From an uncultured Candidatus Saccharibacteria bacterium (GTDB lineage Bacteria; Patescibacteriota; Saccharimonadia; Saccharimonadales; Saccharimonadaceae): a DNA stretch of 64,000 bases. This document shows positions 8,819 to 18,294 of this stretch, one piece after another; within the stretch, counting starts at the first letter, position 1; every line of letters starts with the position of its first letter. A program made the translations under genes and the position numbers. Under the pieces are notes generated by a model, which was given only the letters and a program-made list of their open reading frames with translations, searched no databases and was not told the DNA's origin. The DNA is taken from assembly GCA_963529085.1 (NCBI GenBank), contig CAURWW010000004.1, forward strand, positions 1,504 through 65,503, in the 5' to 3' direction.

Positions 8819-10024
8819 TTATTTATTGCGCTTAAATAGTCTAGCGAAGAAACCTTCGTGCGTGCTCTCACGCTTGTTTTCTTCTGGCGTATAATGCAAC
8901 CCCTCTAGCATTAGACCTACCGCCGCAGCGAACTCTGGTTTTTTAACGTCCTCAGAAATTGTACTCTCAATATCAATTTTACCAATCTGAGAAGCTAGCT
9001 CTAGAGATTTCTTAGAGTATTCTGCAAGTTTCTTCATATTTGCACCACCACCGACAAGAACCACTCCACTAGGAAGTTGTTTATTACATCCGGCCGCCTT
9101 AAATTCTTTTTGAATTTCCTCAAATATTTCTTCAAGTCGTGCCTCTACAACCTCATCTATTTCTAGAGTATTAAAGCTATAGTGTTCGTGACCATTTTTT
9201 ATCATTACATCACGATGATTATCTCGAATGCCAGCAATCGCGTGTTTAATTTTAATGTCTTCGGCTATCTCTGGAGTAACCTTTAGACAGATCGCAAGAT
9301 CATTAGTGATATTATTACCGCCAATTGGAATTACCCGTAGATACTGCAAATCCCCATCTTCAAATACTGCTATACCAGTAGTTGTAGCACCAAAATCGAT
9401 CACAGCCACACCATTCTCTTTTTGCTTTTCAGACAACACAGAAGATGAAGCCGCCAAAACACTCGGTATAATACCCGCTGGCTCTATCTGCGCTTTATTA
9501 GCGACCTGACGCAAGTTATCAATATGAGGCACCATTCCTGAAATTACATTTGCATGCACTTCAAGGCGAGTTCCACGCATTCCTAATGGATCAGAAATTC
9601 CATCTTGTCCATCAAGGCAATACGAATAAGGTATAAAATCCAAGATTTCTCGATTTGCAGGAATCTTACCAATTGTAGCAACTTCTTCAAGACGCATCAA
9701 ATCGTCCTCAGAAACTTCTTGGTTTTGCGAATTAACAGCAACCATTCCTTCTGACTTGGTGCTTAAAATATGATTTCCATTAAGACTTAGAGCTGCTCTA
9801 TCTATCGTAAATCCACTAGTACGTTCCGCATCAGCAAGTGCAGAATCAATAGCCTCATAAGGACCTTCTAGATGTGACACGACACCTTTCTTCATGCCGC
9901 TGTTTTCACGGACTCCGACTCCTACAATCGTCGGTTTATTTTCGGAATTTAAGCTAGCTACTACACACCGAACAGTAGTCGTTCCAACATCAATCCCTGC
10001 TATATATCGAGAATTCTCATTCAT
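8819..10024 (-). CDS. ftsA: Cell division protein FtsA
   Basis: GIDVGTT, IDFGATTT, LVGGGA actin-like motifs; C-terminal amphipathic GFFARLF; precedes ftsZ. Confidence 0.97.
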   Translation of the reverse strand: MNENSRYIAGIDVGTTTVRCVVASLNSENKPTIVGVGVRENSGMKKGVVSHLEGPYEAIDSALADAERTSGFTIDRAALSLNGNHILSTKSEGMVAVNSQNQEVSEDDLMRLEEVATIGKIPANREILDFIPYSYCLDGQDGISDPLGMRGTRLEVHANVISGMVPHIDNLRQVANKAQIEPAGIIPSVLAASSSVLSEKQKENGVAVIDFGATTTGIAVFEDGDLQYLRVIPIGGNNITNDLAICLKVTPEIAEDIKIKHAIAGIRDNHRDVMIKNGHEHYSFNTLEIDEVVEARLEEIFEEIQKEFKAAGCNKQLPSGVVLVGGGANMKKLAEYSKKSLELASQIGKIDIESTISEDVKKPEFAAAVGLMLEGLHYTPEENKRESTHEGFFARLFKRNK

Positions 10025-10081
10025 TCTTTTATTATACAGCTTATGTCAATTTTTATCAAGAGAAAACTACTTTAGAATAGC

Positions 10082-10636
10082 TTATTTTACACCCTTTTGT
10101 TTCAGGATTTGTGCCGTGTAAGTATCTGGTTCATTATTAGTTTCATCAATACCCAACACTCTTAAAACATCCCAAAGTTCTTGTCGAACAGCTGGTTCAT
10201 TTTCACCCTTGTCAAGAGCTCTTTCTAGCTTAATATAAGTCCCTAGACCTTCAACATCATCAAGATAAAAAACCGTATCCTCAACTTGTAATTTTTGGCG
10301 ATTACGCATAACCTCAGCTCTTATCTCAAACCCAAGCTGCTGAAGCATGTTGGCGGTATCAGAATAGTTTAAAATTCCAGTCGTAAAAATTAAGTCAACA
10401 TTCTCCGCTTCAATGTGGCGTTTTTGAACTAGTTGATACCAAGGCTTGCGCTTAGGATCGATAATCTCTGTACGAAGAAGCATTTTTGGCAGTTTGCGAC
10501 TTGGCTCATAGCCACGCGGCAAAAACACTCGATCGTGCTGAAAAATAGGCCGACCAAAATCATGCCCTGCCGCCTGAATATTTTTAATTAAATTCGTTTT
10601 ATTTTGAACTTTTGCTTTTACGATAACAGTCTTCAT
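10082..10636 (-). CDS. CYTH-domain (class IV adenylate cyclase-like) protein with degenerate active site
   Basis: QHDRVF, LQQLGF...V.RNR, YLDDVEGLGTYIKLE, LGI...TY. Confidence 0.8.
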   Translation of the reverse strand: MKTVIVKAKVQNKTNLIKNIQAAGHDFGRPIFQHDRVFLPRGYEPSRKLPKMLLRTEIIDPKRKPWYQLVQKRHIEAENVDLIFTTGILNYSDTANMLQQLGFEIRAEVMRNRQKLQVEDTVFYLDDVEGLGTYIKLERALDKGENEPAVRQELWDVLRVLGIDETNNEPDTYTAQILKQKGVK

Positions 10637-10693
10637 AGCTTAGATTATATCATTTTTCAACGAAAAGATCAATTGAGTATAATCATCTTGATT

Positions 10694-11482
10694 CTATAGT
10701 TTATTATTTTGTTGCCAGCTTTCACTCAAACAAACAGTTGCAGCCATTGCCACATTTAAACTTTCAATTTTTGTGCTATGTGGAATTTTTACTTTTTTGG
10801 TTGCTAGTTTTTGAATATCTTCTGAAACCCCAGCGCCTTCATTACCAAAAATCCAAACCTTCGGCTTATTTAAGTTTTCATCATAAATAGATTTATCAGC
10901 TTCTAGACTTGTGGCAAAAACCGGAATATCAAACCGTGAAATTTCGCTCTTCAAATCACGTTTTTCAAAAATTTTCAGCTCAAAATGCGCCCCCATACCA
11001 GAACGCAAAACCTTTGGCGACCAAGCCGAAACTGTTCCGGTCGAGCAAATAACTTGTTCAATGCCAAAAGCAGCTGCACTCCGTAAAATAGTACCAAGGT
11101 TTCCTGGGTCTTGAATATTTTCAAGGATCAGTGTCTCTACAAGTGGATTTATTTCTATTAATTTCGGTATTTTAGCCATAAATAAGATACCGACCCCGTC
11201 AACAACAGGAGAAATCTTCATAAAAAGACTTTCGGGGATCTCTATTATTCTGACATCTCTAGAATAACACTCCGCTAATATTCCAATAACTTCTGTTGAT
11301 TTTACCCCTTCGCTAACCACGCATAATTCAGGATTGCCGATTTTTGCTAAATACTCCCTAGTTAAATGAATGCCATCCAAAATCGTTAGATTATTTTTTG
11401 TTCTCGCACTCTGTTTACTACTCAGTTGAACAAGTTTTTTAATCAAAGGATTATGAGCGGAGGTTATTTTTTCAGTATTCAT
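10694..11482 (-). CDS. TrmH/SpoU family RNA 2'-O-methyltransferase
   Basis: IQDPGNLGTILRSA, FGNEGAG, ESLNVA SPOUT motifs. Confidence 0.95.
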   Translation of the reverse strand: MNTEKITSAHNPLIKKLVQLSSKQSARTKNNLTILDGIHLTREYLAKIGNPELCVVSEGVKSTEVIGILAECYSRDVRIIEIPESLFMKISPVVDGVGILFMAKIPKLIEINPLVETLILENIQDPGNLGTILRSAAAFGIEQVICSTGTVSAWSPKVLRSGMGAHFELKIFEKRDLKSEISRFDIPVFATSLEADKSIYDENLNKPKVWIFGNEGAGVSEDIQKLATKKVKIPHSTKIESLNVAMAATVCLSESWQQNNKL

Positions 11483-12831
11483 TAAATCTCACTTGCTTTG
11501 ACACGAATTTGCGAGGCGTCATCTCGATTCCGAACGCTCACCAAGCCATCGCCCTCAATTGTTTCAAAATCAATCACAACAACTTTTGGCACACCTATCT
11601 CATCAGCCTTGGCATAAACTTTTCCAACTTTTCCGCTCAAATCGAATTCAACATTTTTGTATTTTTGGCGAAGTTCAAGATAAATTTCTCGTGCTTTTTC
11701 AACCAAAGCTTCTTTGTTTTTAAGAAGTGGCGCCACAATAATTTTTGTTGGAGCAAGATTTTCAGGTAATGCCAAAAAAATGCGAGTTTTACCATCAGTT
11801 TTAACTTCGCGATAAGCGTTCGAAAGAACCGCCATCAAGAGCCGCTCAACACCAAAACTTGGCTCAATCACATGAGGAATAAACTTTTTGCGCGTTTGCT
11901 TGTCAGTGTATTCCATACTTTTACCGCTTGCTCGCTGGATATTCGCAAGATCAAAATCAGTGCGATAAGCAATCCCCATCAATTCTTCTTTACCGATTGG
12001 ATAATTAAATTCAAAATCAACAGTGCGTTTCGAATAGTGCGCGCGGTCTTCTTCTGGAACTTCGAGCTCATATAGCGAGCTTTGTGGCAAGCCCATTTTT
12101 TCAGTTAAGAATTTTCGAACTAAATCAAGCAATTTTTCAAATTCAGTCTCCCAATTCTCAGGATTTACAAAATATTCAATCTCCATTTGTTCGAACTCAC
12201 GAGAACGAAAAACAAAATCTCGAGGTGAAATCTCATTTCGAAAGGCTTTTCCTTGTTGCGCAAGGCCAAATGGTAAGCTTGGATAGAATGAATCAACAAC
12301 ATTTTTGTAATTAGTAAAAATTCCCTGAGCAGTTTCTGGTCGAAGATATGCAACTGAATTTTCATTCACCACCGCGCCAACATTGGTTTGGAACATCATA
12401 TTGAAGCTACGAACTTCACTAAGCTCATTCCCTTTTGGCGATTTCAAGCCTTGCTCACGGATAATTTCAGTAATTTTTTCATTCGAAAGACCTTCTGCTT
12501 CAATTCCGGCGTCTTTTAAAAGATGATCAGCGCGATATCGCTCGCCAGTTTTTAAATCTTCCACCAAAGGGTCGGCGAAAGTTGCAGCATGACCGCTCGA
12601 CTGCCAAACTTTTGGATTCATGATAATTGCAGCATCAACGCCAAACATATCTTCACGATTTTCAACAAAAAAATCCCACCACTCGTTCATAATTTTGCGC
12701 TTTAAAGCTAGCCCGAGTGGGCCGTAATCCCAAGTTCCTCGCATTCCGCCGTAAACTTCACTACCTTGCCAAATAAAACCACGCCGTTTAGCAAGGCTAA
12801 CAATTTTTTCCATCAAATCTTCGTTCTTCAT
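11482..12831 (-). CDS. glyQS: Glycine--tRNA ligase, homodimeric alpha2 type
   Basis: KRRGF, YLRPETAQG, FRNEISP, REFEQMEIE, PHVIEPSFG; start at ATG 12831 behind GGAGG. Confidence 0.97.
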   Translation of the reverse strand: MKNEDLMEKIVSLAKRRGFIWQGSEVYGGMRGTWDYGPLGLALKRKIMNEWWDFFVENREDMFGVDAAIIMNPKVWQSSGHAATFADPLVEDLKTGERYRADHLLKDAGIEAEGLSNEKITEIIREQGLKSPKGNELSEVRSFNMMFQTNVGAVVNENSVAYLRPETAQGIFTNYKNVVDSFYPSLPFGLAQQGKAFRNEISPRDFVFRSREFEQMEIEYFVNPENWETEFEKLLDLVRKFLTEKMGLPQSSLYELEVPEEDRAHYSKRTVDFEFNYPIGKEELMGIAYRTDFDLANIQRASGKSMEYTDKQTRKKFIPHVIEPSFGVERLLMAVLSNAYREVKTDGKTRIFLALPENLAPTKIIVAPLLKNKEALVEKAREIYLELRQKYKNVEFDLSGKVGKVYAKADEIGVPKVVVIDFETIEGDGLVSVRNRDDASQIRVKASEI

Positions 12832-12865
12832 TTTTCCTCCGTGCAATTTGTCTTCTATTATACCA

Positions 12866-12894
12866 AAAAAGCTCCCGTTTTTCGAGAGCTTTTT
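12866..12894 (-). terminator. Intrinsic terminator after the surface protein gene
   Basis: AAAAAGCTC...GAGCTTTTT inverted repeat. Confidence 0.7.
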
Positions 12895-12912
12895 ATTTAA
12901 ATTACTGCAAAA

Positions 12913-14217
12913 TTAGATTTTTAATTTTGCCAACTTTTTGCGAAAAACTAATGCAGTAGCTACGCTCAAAACAGCAAAAGCTGAAAGAATCAAATTTTGA
13001 GATTGTTCAAAACCAGTGTTTGGAGCTTGAACTTTACCTTCTGAAGGCTTTTCAAGCTTTGGTGTCTCAACAGCTGGCTGCGGCTGAGCTGGAGTTGGCG
13101 CAGGCGCAGGTTTTTGCGGCTTTGCTTCTGGCCTGCGGATTTTGGCATAGGTTTCTACGTTGCTGCCAAAAATTGCCGCACCGGTGTTCAAATCTTTCTT
13201 ATCAATAGTCTTGCCATCCGGCGCAATTAATTCAACAGTGCGCTTAAAATCATTAATTATCCCATTTTTAATAGCAGATCCATCTACTACTTTTACAGAA
13301 GAAACCCACCCTCTATAAATTCCATCTGTAGCAGCCATATCCTTGACGGCTTCAACAACCACTTCAGTTTCAGAACGAGAGATAACTTTTAATTCCATAG
13401 CTGGACCACCAGCAAAATATACACCATATTTATTTACTGGAGTAGAAGCAGTTATACTCTCACGTATCTTGCTAAACCATACAGTTGAACCAACAGGATA
13501 TGTTTTATTATCGAAACGGAGCGAAGAATCTTCAGGTATGGTTATTTTAATTTTAGTTCCAGCCTTAATAGGGTTATTCTTTGATTGGTTTATAGTTGGG
13601 CCAAATACAGAGCTTCCATCGTTTGAATTAAGTTGCGCTCCACCAATTCCAAGATGAGTATTTCTAATATTTAACAATGGATGTTTCGATATTCTTACAT
13701 TATCACCTTCTAAAGTAGTAGTACCAATAATCTTAGTCCCTACGGTGACATCACGATCTACATGCGAAAAATAGTTAGCATTATTATTAGAAATGGAAGT
13801 TTCAAAGTTAGCATATTTTTCAATATTCTTATTGAAAACAACTTTACCCTGCCAAACAATGGCTCCAGGTTTAGCATTATCATCATTACGAACAGTAGAC
13901 TGATAGTTTAAATCATGACCATCACTATATTTTTTATCAACTGAAATTTCACCAATTTTCTCATTTTTATATTTGAGGTCTACTTTTCCTGCAGGAATCA
14001 CAGACACATTCTCAGCGCGAAAAGTTGCCCAATCGCCTTCTTTAACATTCTGGCCAGAAATATCGATCGACCACTCGCGCCCGCTATTCTTAATACTCTT
14101 AGGCTCAATCTTCAACCGACTTGTAATGTCCTCAGCAGCAAAAGCAGAATGACCAAAGCTCATCACCGAGAACAATGCTGCAAGAATAAGAATTGATATT
14201 TTACTTTGAAAATTCAT
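12913..14217 (-). CDS. Secreted surface/adhesin-like protein with C-terminal APNTG sorting-like signal
   Basis: Signal peptide ending SAFA, beta-rich body, Pro-rich stalk, APNTG + hydrophobic helix + RKK tail; SD AGGAGA before ATG 14217. Confidence 0.8.
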   Translation of the reverse strand: MNFQSKISILILAALFSVMSFGHSAFAAEDITSRLKIEPKSIKNSGREWSIDISGQNVKEGDWATFRAENVSVIPAGKVDLKYKNEKIGEISVDKKYSDGHDLNYQSTVRNDDNAKPGAIVWQGKVVFNKNIEKYANFETSISNNNANYFSHVDRDVTVGTKIIGTTTLEGDNVRISKHPLLNIRNTHLGIGGAQLNSNDGSSVFGPTINQSKNNPIKAGTKIKITIPEDSSLRFDNKTYPVGSTVWFSKIRESITASTPVNKYGVYFAGGPAMELKVISRSETEVVVEAVKDMAATDGIYRGWVSSVKVVDGSAIKNGIINDFKRTVELIAPDGKTIDKKDLNTGAAIFGSNVETYAKIRRPEAKPQKPAPAPTPAQPQPAVETPKLEKPSEGKVQAPNTGFEQSQNLILSAFAVLSVATALVFRKKLAKLKI

Positions 14218-14293
14218 TTTTTCTCCTATTTTTAATTTATAAAACACTTATGATTAAATTTTATCACGATCCAGCACAAAAAGCAAATGCTTT

Positions 14294-14959
14294 TTATTCT
14301 CTAAAAAAGACCTTATTAATATCTCGCAGAATACGGTTTCCATTCTTAACCTTCGAAATAATCCGTGGCTCACTAGATAGCATTAATCGCAAGAATTTAA
14401 TATGATTAGCGCTAAACTTACCATTCTCGTTTGGGATAAAAACCTTATCAAAAATATCAAAATCATATCTTTTATCAGGTAATAACGCATTGCCAAAACT
14501 ATCGATTTCTAAATTTAGCTCTTCACCAATCGCTTCATTCGTTTGCATAATAAACCAGCTGCGAATTAGCCCTAGGTCAATACTTAAGTCGTTTAAACTC
14601 ACAAAAGTTTTCAACAAAATATCAAAAAAATCTGCGCTATCAATATGCTCACTCAAACTGCTAATTTTTTTAATCGCAAAATAACCAAACTCAGTCCGAT
14701 CCAAATCCTTAATAATCTCGCCAAAAAACTCACGCATTCTCGCCGAAATTATAGTTTTCATCTCATTCTTGCCTTTCATTAAGACAATTTCGTTCAGAGC
14801 AAAAACCTCAATCCCACCGGCAAGTTTTGACTTTTGCTTGCGAGCTCCTCGCGCAATACCTACAACCTTGCCAGCTGGTGTAATAAAATTAACAATTCTA
14901 TCAGCCTCACCAAAATTAGTTCGACGCAGCACTATCGCCAATGTTTTATCTTGTCGCAT
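14294..14959 (-). CDS. recO: DNA repair protein RecO
   Basis: AIVLRRTNFGEADRIV, GIARGARKQKSKLAG. Confidence 0.93.
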   Translation of the reverse strand: MRQDKTLAIVLRRTNFGEADRIVNFITPAGKVVGIARGARKQKSKLAGGIEVFALNEIVLMKGKNEMKTIISARMREFFGEIIKDLDRTEFGYFAIKKISSLSEHIDSADFFDILLKTFVSLNDLSIDLGLIRSWFIMQTNEAIGEELNLEIDSFGNALLPDKRYDFDIFDKVFIPNENGKFSANHIKFLRLMLSSEPRIISKVKNGNRILRDINKVFFRE

Positions 14960-15308
14960 TTCTACATACCTCTAAAATTTCCTTCGGATTAGTTTTGGCC
15001 TTATCTAAAATTGCCTTTATGCCGTACTCTTTTAATGGTTTTTCTTCTAAATTATCCGCTAAATCCGAACAGACTACTACCGGAATCATAGCAGTATCAT
15101 AATAACTCTGTAATTCATGAAGCAACGCAAAAGCCGAATGACCATCCAGCAATATATCAAGAAAAATCAAATCAGGAGGATTCGTGTCAATCTGTAAAAT
15201 TGCATCACTGGCGTTTGAGGACCTCAAGATAGTAAAATCTTTTCTTAAAATCCGAGCAAAATTCTCTGCTAAAATTTGGTTATCTTCAATAATTAAAACC
15301 GTTTTCAT
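14946..15308 (-). CDS. Single-domain response regulator receiver
   Basis: VLIIEDN, PDLIFLDI, IPVVVCS, LDK. Confidence 0.9.
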   Translation of the reverse strand: MKTVLIIEDNQILAENFARILRKDFTILRSSNASDAILQIDTNPPDLIFLDILLDGHSAFALLHELQSYYDTAMIPVVVCSDLADNLEEKPLKEYGIKAILDKAKTNPKEILEVCRNATR

Positions 15309-16021
15309 AGCAAGCTAAGTTGCTCCGATTTATTTAAATCCACGTAGAAGGTATTACCGTCACGATGACGAACCACGCCAATTTTGGCACCCATTGCTTC
15401 GGCAAAATTTTGCGCAATAAAAATACCCAAGCCAGAACTTTGTGGTCGTGAAGCTGCACGGACTGGCTGATTTTTTTGCTTTTTTATAACACGCCAAACA
15501 GCCAATGGCAACTCTTCGCCAAAATCCCGAACTGCAACTCTAACTTTTTTCCCTACTTTTCTAACAGAAACTTCTACTTTTGAATTTGGATCAGCCGCAT
15601 AAAGCGCGTTATCCGAAAAATTAAGTAAAATTGATCTTAGTAGATCATAATTTGCTACCACTAAATCAGAGACTTTGGAATTCTTAAATATAATTTCACG
15701 ACCATGAAGCTCGTAGATTTTGGCCATTTCGCGTTGAATGTCGCTACAAACCTTGCGCGCGTTAGTTGGTTCAAGCTCAAACATGGCTTCATCAAGACGA
15801 GCAACTTTAGTCAAATCGCTCACTATTCGCAAAGCTCGCTCGCTAGTTAAATCAATCTGTTTTAAAATCTTAGTCTTTTCTTGATCGGTAAGGCTTATCT
15901 GTTTGTCATTTAGAGTTAACGAAAGTTGACGGATAATTGAAAGGGGAGCTTTCATCTCGTGAGCGGCTACAATAAAACTACTGTCGCTCGCTATCAGATT
16001 AAAAAGCTCCCCTTCATTCAT
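15305..16021 (-). CDS. Histidine kinase core (HisKA + HATPase) with no sensor domain
   Basis: AHEMKAPL H-box, NFSDNALY N-box, RDFG, SSGLGIFIA G2 box. Confidence 0.88.
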   Translation of the reverse strand: MNEGELFNLIASDSSFIVAAHEMKAPLSIIRQLSLTLNDKQISLTDQEKTKILKQIDLTSERALRIVSDLTKVARLDEAMFELEPTNARKVCSDIQREMAKIYELHGREIIFKNSKVSDLVVANYDLLRSILLNFSDNALYAADPNSKVEVSVRKVGKKVRVAVRDFGEELPLAVWRVIKKQKNQPVRAASRPQSSGLGIFIAQNFAEAMGAKIGVVRHRDGNTFYVDLNKSEQLSLL

Positions 16022-16064
16022 ACACTTCTATTATATCACATAGTAGAAGCCGAAAAAGATATTT

Positions 16065-16751
16065 CTATTTAAAATTGATAGTATTAACTATTTTGTCAAA
16101 ATCAGCCCGGAATGTTGCACCACCATCAGTCTTTAGCATTAAGACTTTATCATTAACTTTAAAGAAGTAAGCCACTCCCTGAATTCGGTCGTTTTTATTC
16201 TTATTATTCGGGAAGAGCCCTTCTAGTTTTGTCGCATTCTTACCATTAGCCAATACAGATGAAGAAGATAATTCTCCTTTATCAATTGTTTTTTGATATT
16301 CACTCAATACATTTTCTAATGAAGAATTATATATAGCAACCCTGAGTGCAAAGCGTTGACTGACCTTTAAATTATCATCGGTACTTAACACCGGCGGAAC
16401 AGTAGTTGGGTGGAAAAATGCATAATAATTAGTCCCGTCAGCACCGTTTGAAGCTATATACGAGCTCCAAGTCTTAGGGTAAGAAAAACTAACATTGCCC
16501 AGATCAGCTGGCCCATTAAATACTAAATTAGGGTTTTTTTCTCGCTGAGCATATTTTTCAGCTTGATCCTCAGCTTCTTTTTTCTTAGCAGCAGCTTCGG
16601 CTAACTCTATTTTATTATCAATATTGCTCTGAGCTTCTCGATAATTAATAAAAGCCCACACACCAAAAGCACCTATTCCAACCAGCGCAATCGATAAAAG
16701 AATTATTACAATCGTTGAACCTTCAACTTCACCTCTTCTAATTTTTTTCAT
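16065..16751 (-). CDS. Membrane-anchored hypothetical protein, possibly PsbP-like C-terminal fold
   Basis: N-terminal TM helix, coiled coil, SFSYPKTW motif, ends FDKIVNTINFK; start chosen 6 nt after TATAAT. Confidence 0.7.
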   Translation of the reverse strand: MKKIRRGEVEGSTIVIILLSIALVGIGAFGVWAFINYREAQSNIDNKIELAEAAAKKKEAEDQAEKYAQREKNPNLVFNGPADLGNVSFSYPKTWSSYIASNGADGTNYYAFFHPTTVPPVLSTDDNLKVSQRFALRVAIYNSSLENVLSEYQKTIDKGELSSSSVLANGKNATKLEGLFPNNKNKNDRIQGVAYFFKVNDKVLMLKTDGGATFRADFDKIVNTINFK

Positions 16752-16811
16752 ATTTCTATTATACTTATGGTTAGTATTTTTTTCAAGAGCCTTCATAACA
16801 ATAAACGTTAA

Positions 16812-17006
16812 TTAATCTTGCGAAAAATCTTTACTCACAATTTCAATCTCATTCGAAATATTATCTAGATCGGATTCAACTTCATTTACTAGATTAATTG
16901 CACTCTTGTATTTGTTCGAAATTTCTTCAATTGAAACCTCTCCACTCTCGATCTCTAATAAAATCTTGTCTATCTGTGCTATTTTATCATTAATTTTGTT
17001 CGACAT
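16812..17006 (-). CDS. xseB: Exodeoxyribonuclease VII small subunit
   Basis: IESGEVSIEE...YKSA motif; overlaps the xseA end. Confidence 0.85.
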   Translation of the reverse strand: MSNKINDKIAQIDKILLEIESGEVSIEEISNKYKSAINLVNEVESDLDNISNEIEIVSKDFSQD

Positions 17007-18165
17007 TTTTTACCTCCGCTGTTATTTTTTTATCAATTGTCTCAATCAAAATCCGCTCACCGACTTCTATATCACCTCTCAAAATTGCATATCCTTGACG
17101 CAAGATTCTTTGCGGATTAAGGTTTTCGAGTAGCCGTTTTTTTACTAAAATATCATCTCGCTGTTGTTCGATTATAGATAATAATTTCGTTCGGATTTTA
17201 TCTTTTTTAGAGTGATTTTGTTTTTTTATTAATTCTATATTTTCTAAAATTCGTTCACCTGCTCTTAATATCTTTGAATGCAAAAAACGAATCTCCGCCA
17301 ACTTATCAGGCGACAAAATTTGTGCTACATTACTAGGAGTTGAAGCTGCGTAATCCGCCGCCAGATCACATAAACTCTCATCAATTTCGTGACCGATACC
17401 AGTAATTATAGGTACACGAGAAGCAACTATTGCACGAACCAGCCGCTCGTCATTAAAGATAGCTAAATCATCAGCGCTACCCCCACCCCGAATGACTGCA
17501 ATCACCTCTGGCAATTCTTCACAAGAATTAAAATACTCGATCGCCCTAATAATCTGATCCGCCGCCACCAAACCCTGAACTTGCGTATGCGCAACACGAA
17601 TCTTAAGACCGCTCCATCGCTCATTAATAATCTTAACAAAATCAGCAAACCCAGCAGCCTGCGTACTAGATATTACAGCAATTCGCTGTGGATTTTGCGG
17701 TAAATCACGCTTACGATCTTCGTCAAAAAGACCTTCACGTGCCAGCTTTTGCTTTAATATGTCAAAAGATTTTTTAAGATTGCCTTCACCTTTAGGCATA
17801 ACTCTTTCGACTGTTAAACTAAATTTACCCCAGGCTGTTAGTCTAGGTCTAGCTTCAGCTACAATTTTCATACCATCTTCAAGCGGAAATCGCATTTGCC
17901 AAACCGTCATAAAACAGCTCAAACTAGACTGTTCATCTTTGAGATCAAAAAACACAAATTTCTTTTGATTGATTTTAAAACTAGAGACTTCGCCCTCGAT
18001 CAATACACTCGGAAAACTTTTTTCAAAAATATCATTCGAGACAGCTACAAAATCCGACACGCTAAAAATAATTTCATGATTTACTGAATCTGTAGAATCG
18101 TATTTATTCAGAGGCAATATTTGACCTTCAACTAAATCATCAAATTCGCTAAAATCAAAATCCAT
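16990..18165 (-). CDS. xseA: Exodeoxyribonuclease VII large subunit
   Basis: IEGEVSSF, FFDLKD, RGGGSADDL, GIGHEID, STPS. Confidence 0.96.
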   Translation of the reverse strand: MDFDFSEFDDLVEGQILPLNKYDSTDSVNHEIIFSVSDFVAVSNDIFEKSFPSVLIEGEVSSFKINQKKFVFFDLKDEQSSLSCFMTVWQMRFPLEDGMKIVAEARPRLTAWGKFSLTVERVMPKGEGNLKKSFDILKQKLAREGLFDEDRKRDLPQNPQRIAVISSTQAAGFADFVKIINERWSGLKIRVAHTQVQGLVAADQIIRAIEYFNSCEELPEVIAVIRGGGSADDLAIFNDERLVRAIVASRVPIITGIGHEIDESLCDLAADYAASTPSNVAQILSPDKLAEIRFLHSKILRAGERILENIELIKKQNHSKKDKIRTKLLSIIEQQRDDILVKKRLLENLNPQRILRQGYAILRGDIEVGERILIETIDKKITAEVKNVEQN

Positions 18166-18294
18166 ATGCTTTATTATAGCATAATCTAAAAAGTTTTTCT
18201 CGTCCCACATTAAAATAAAAAGACATCTGCAATTTGATAATACTTTAGCAAATGTCTTTTCTAAATTATAATTTATTTAGCAAATATTTTTAAC

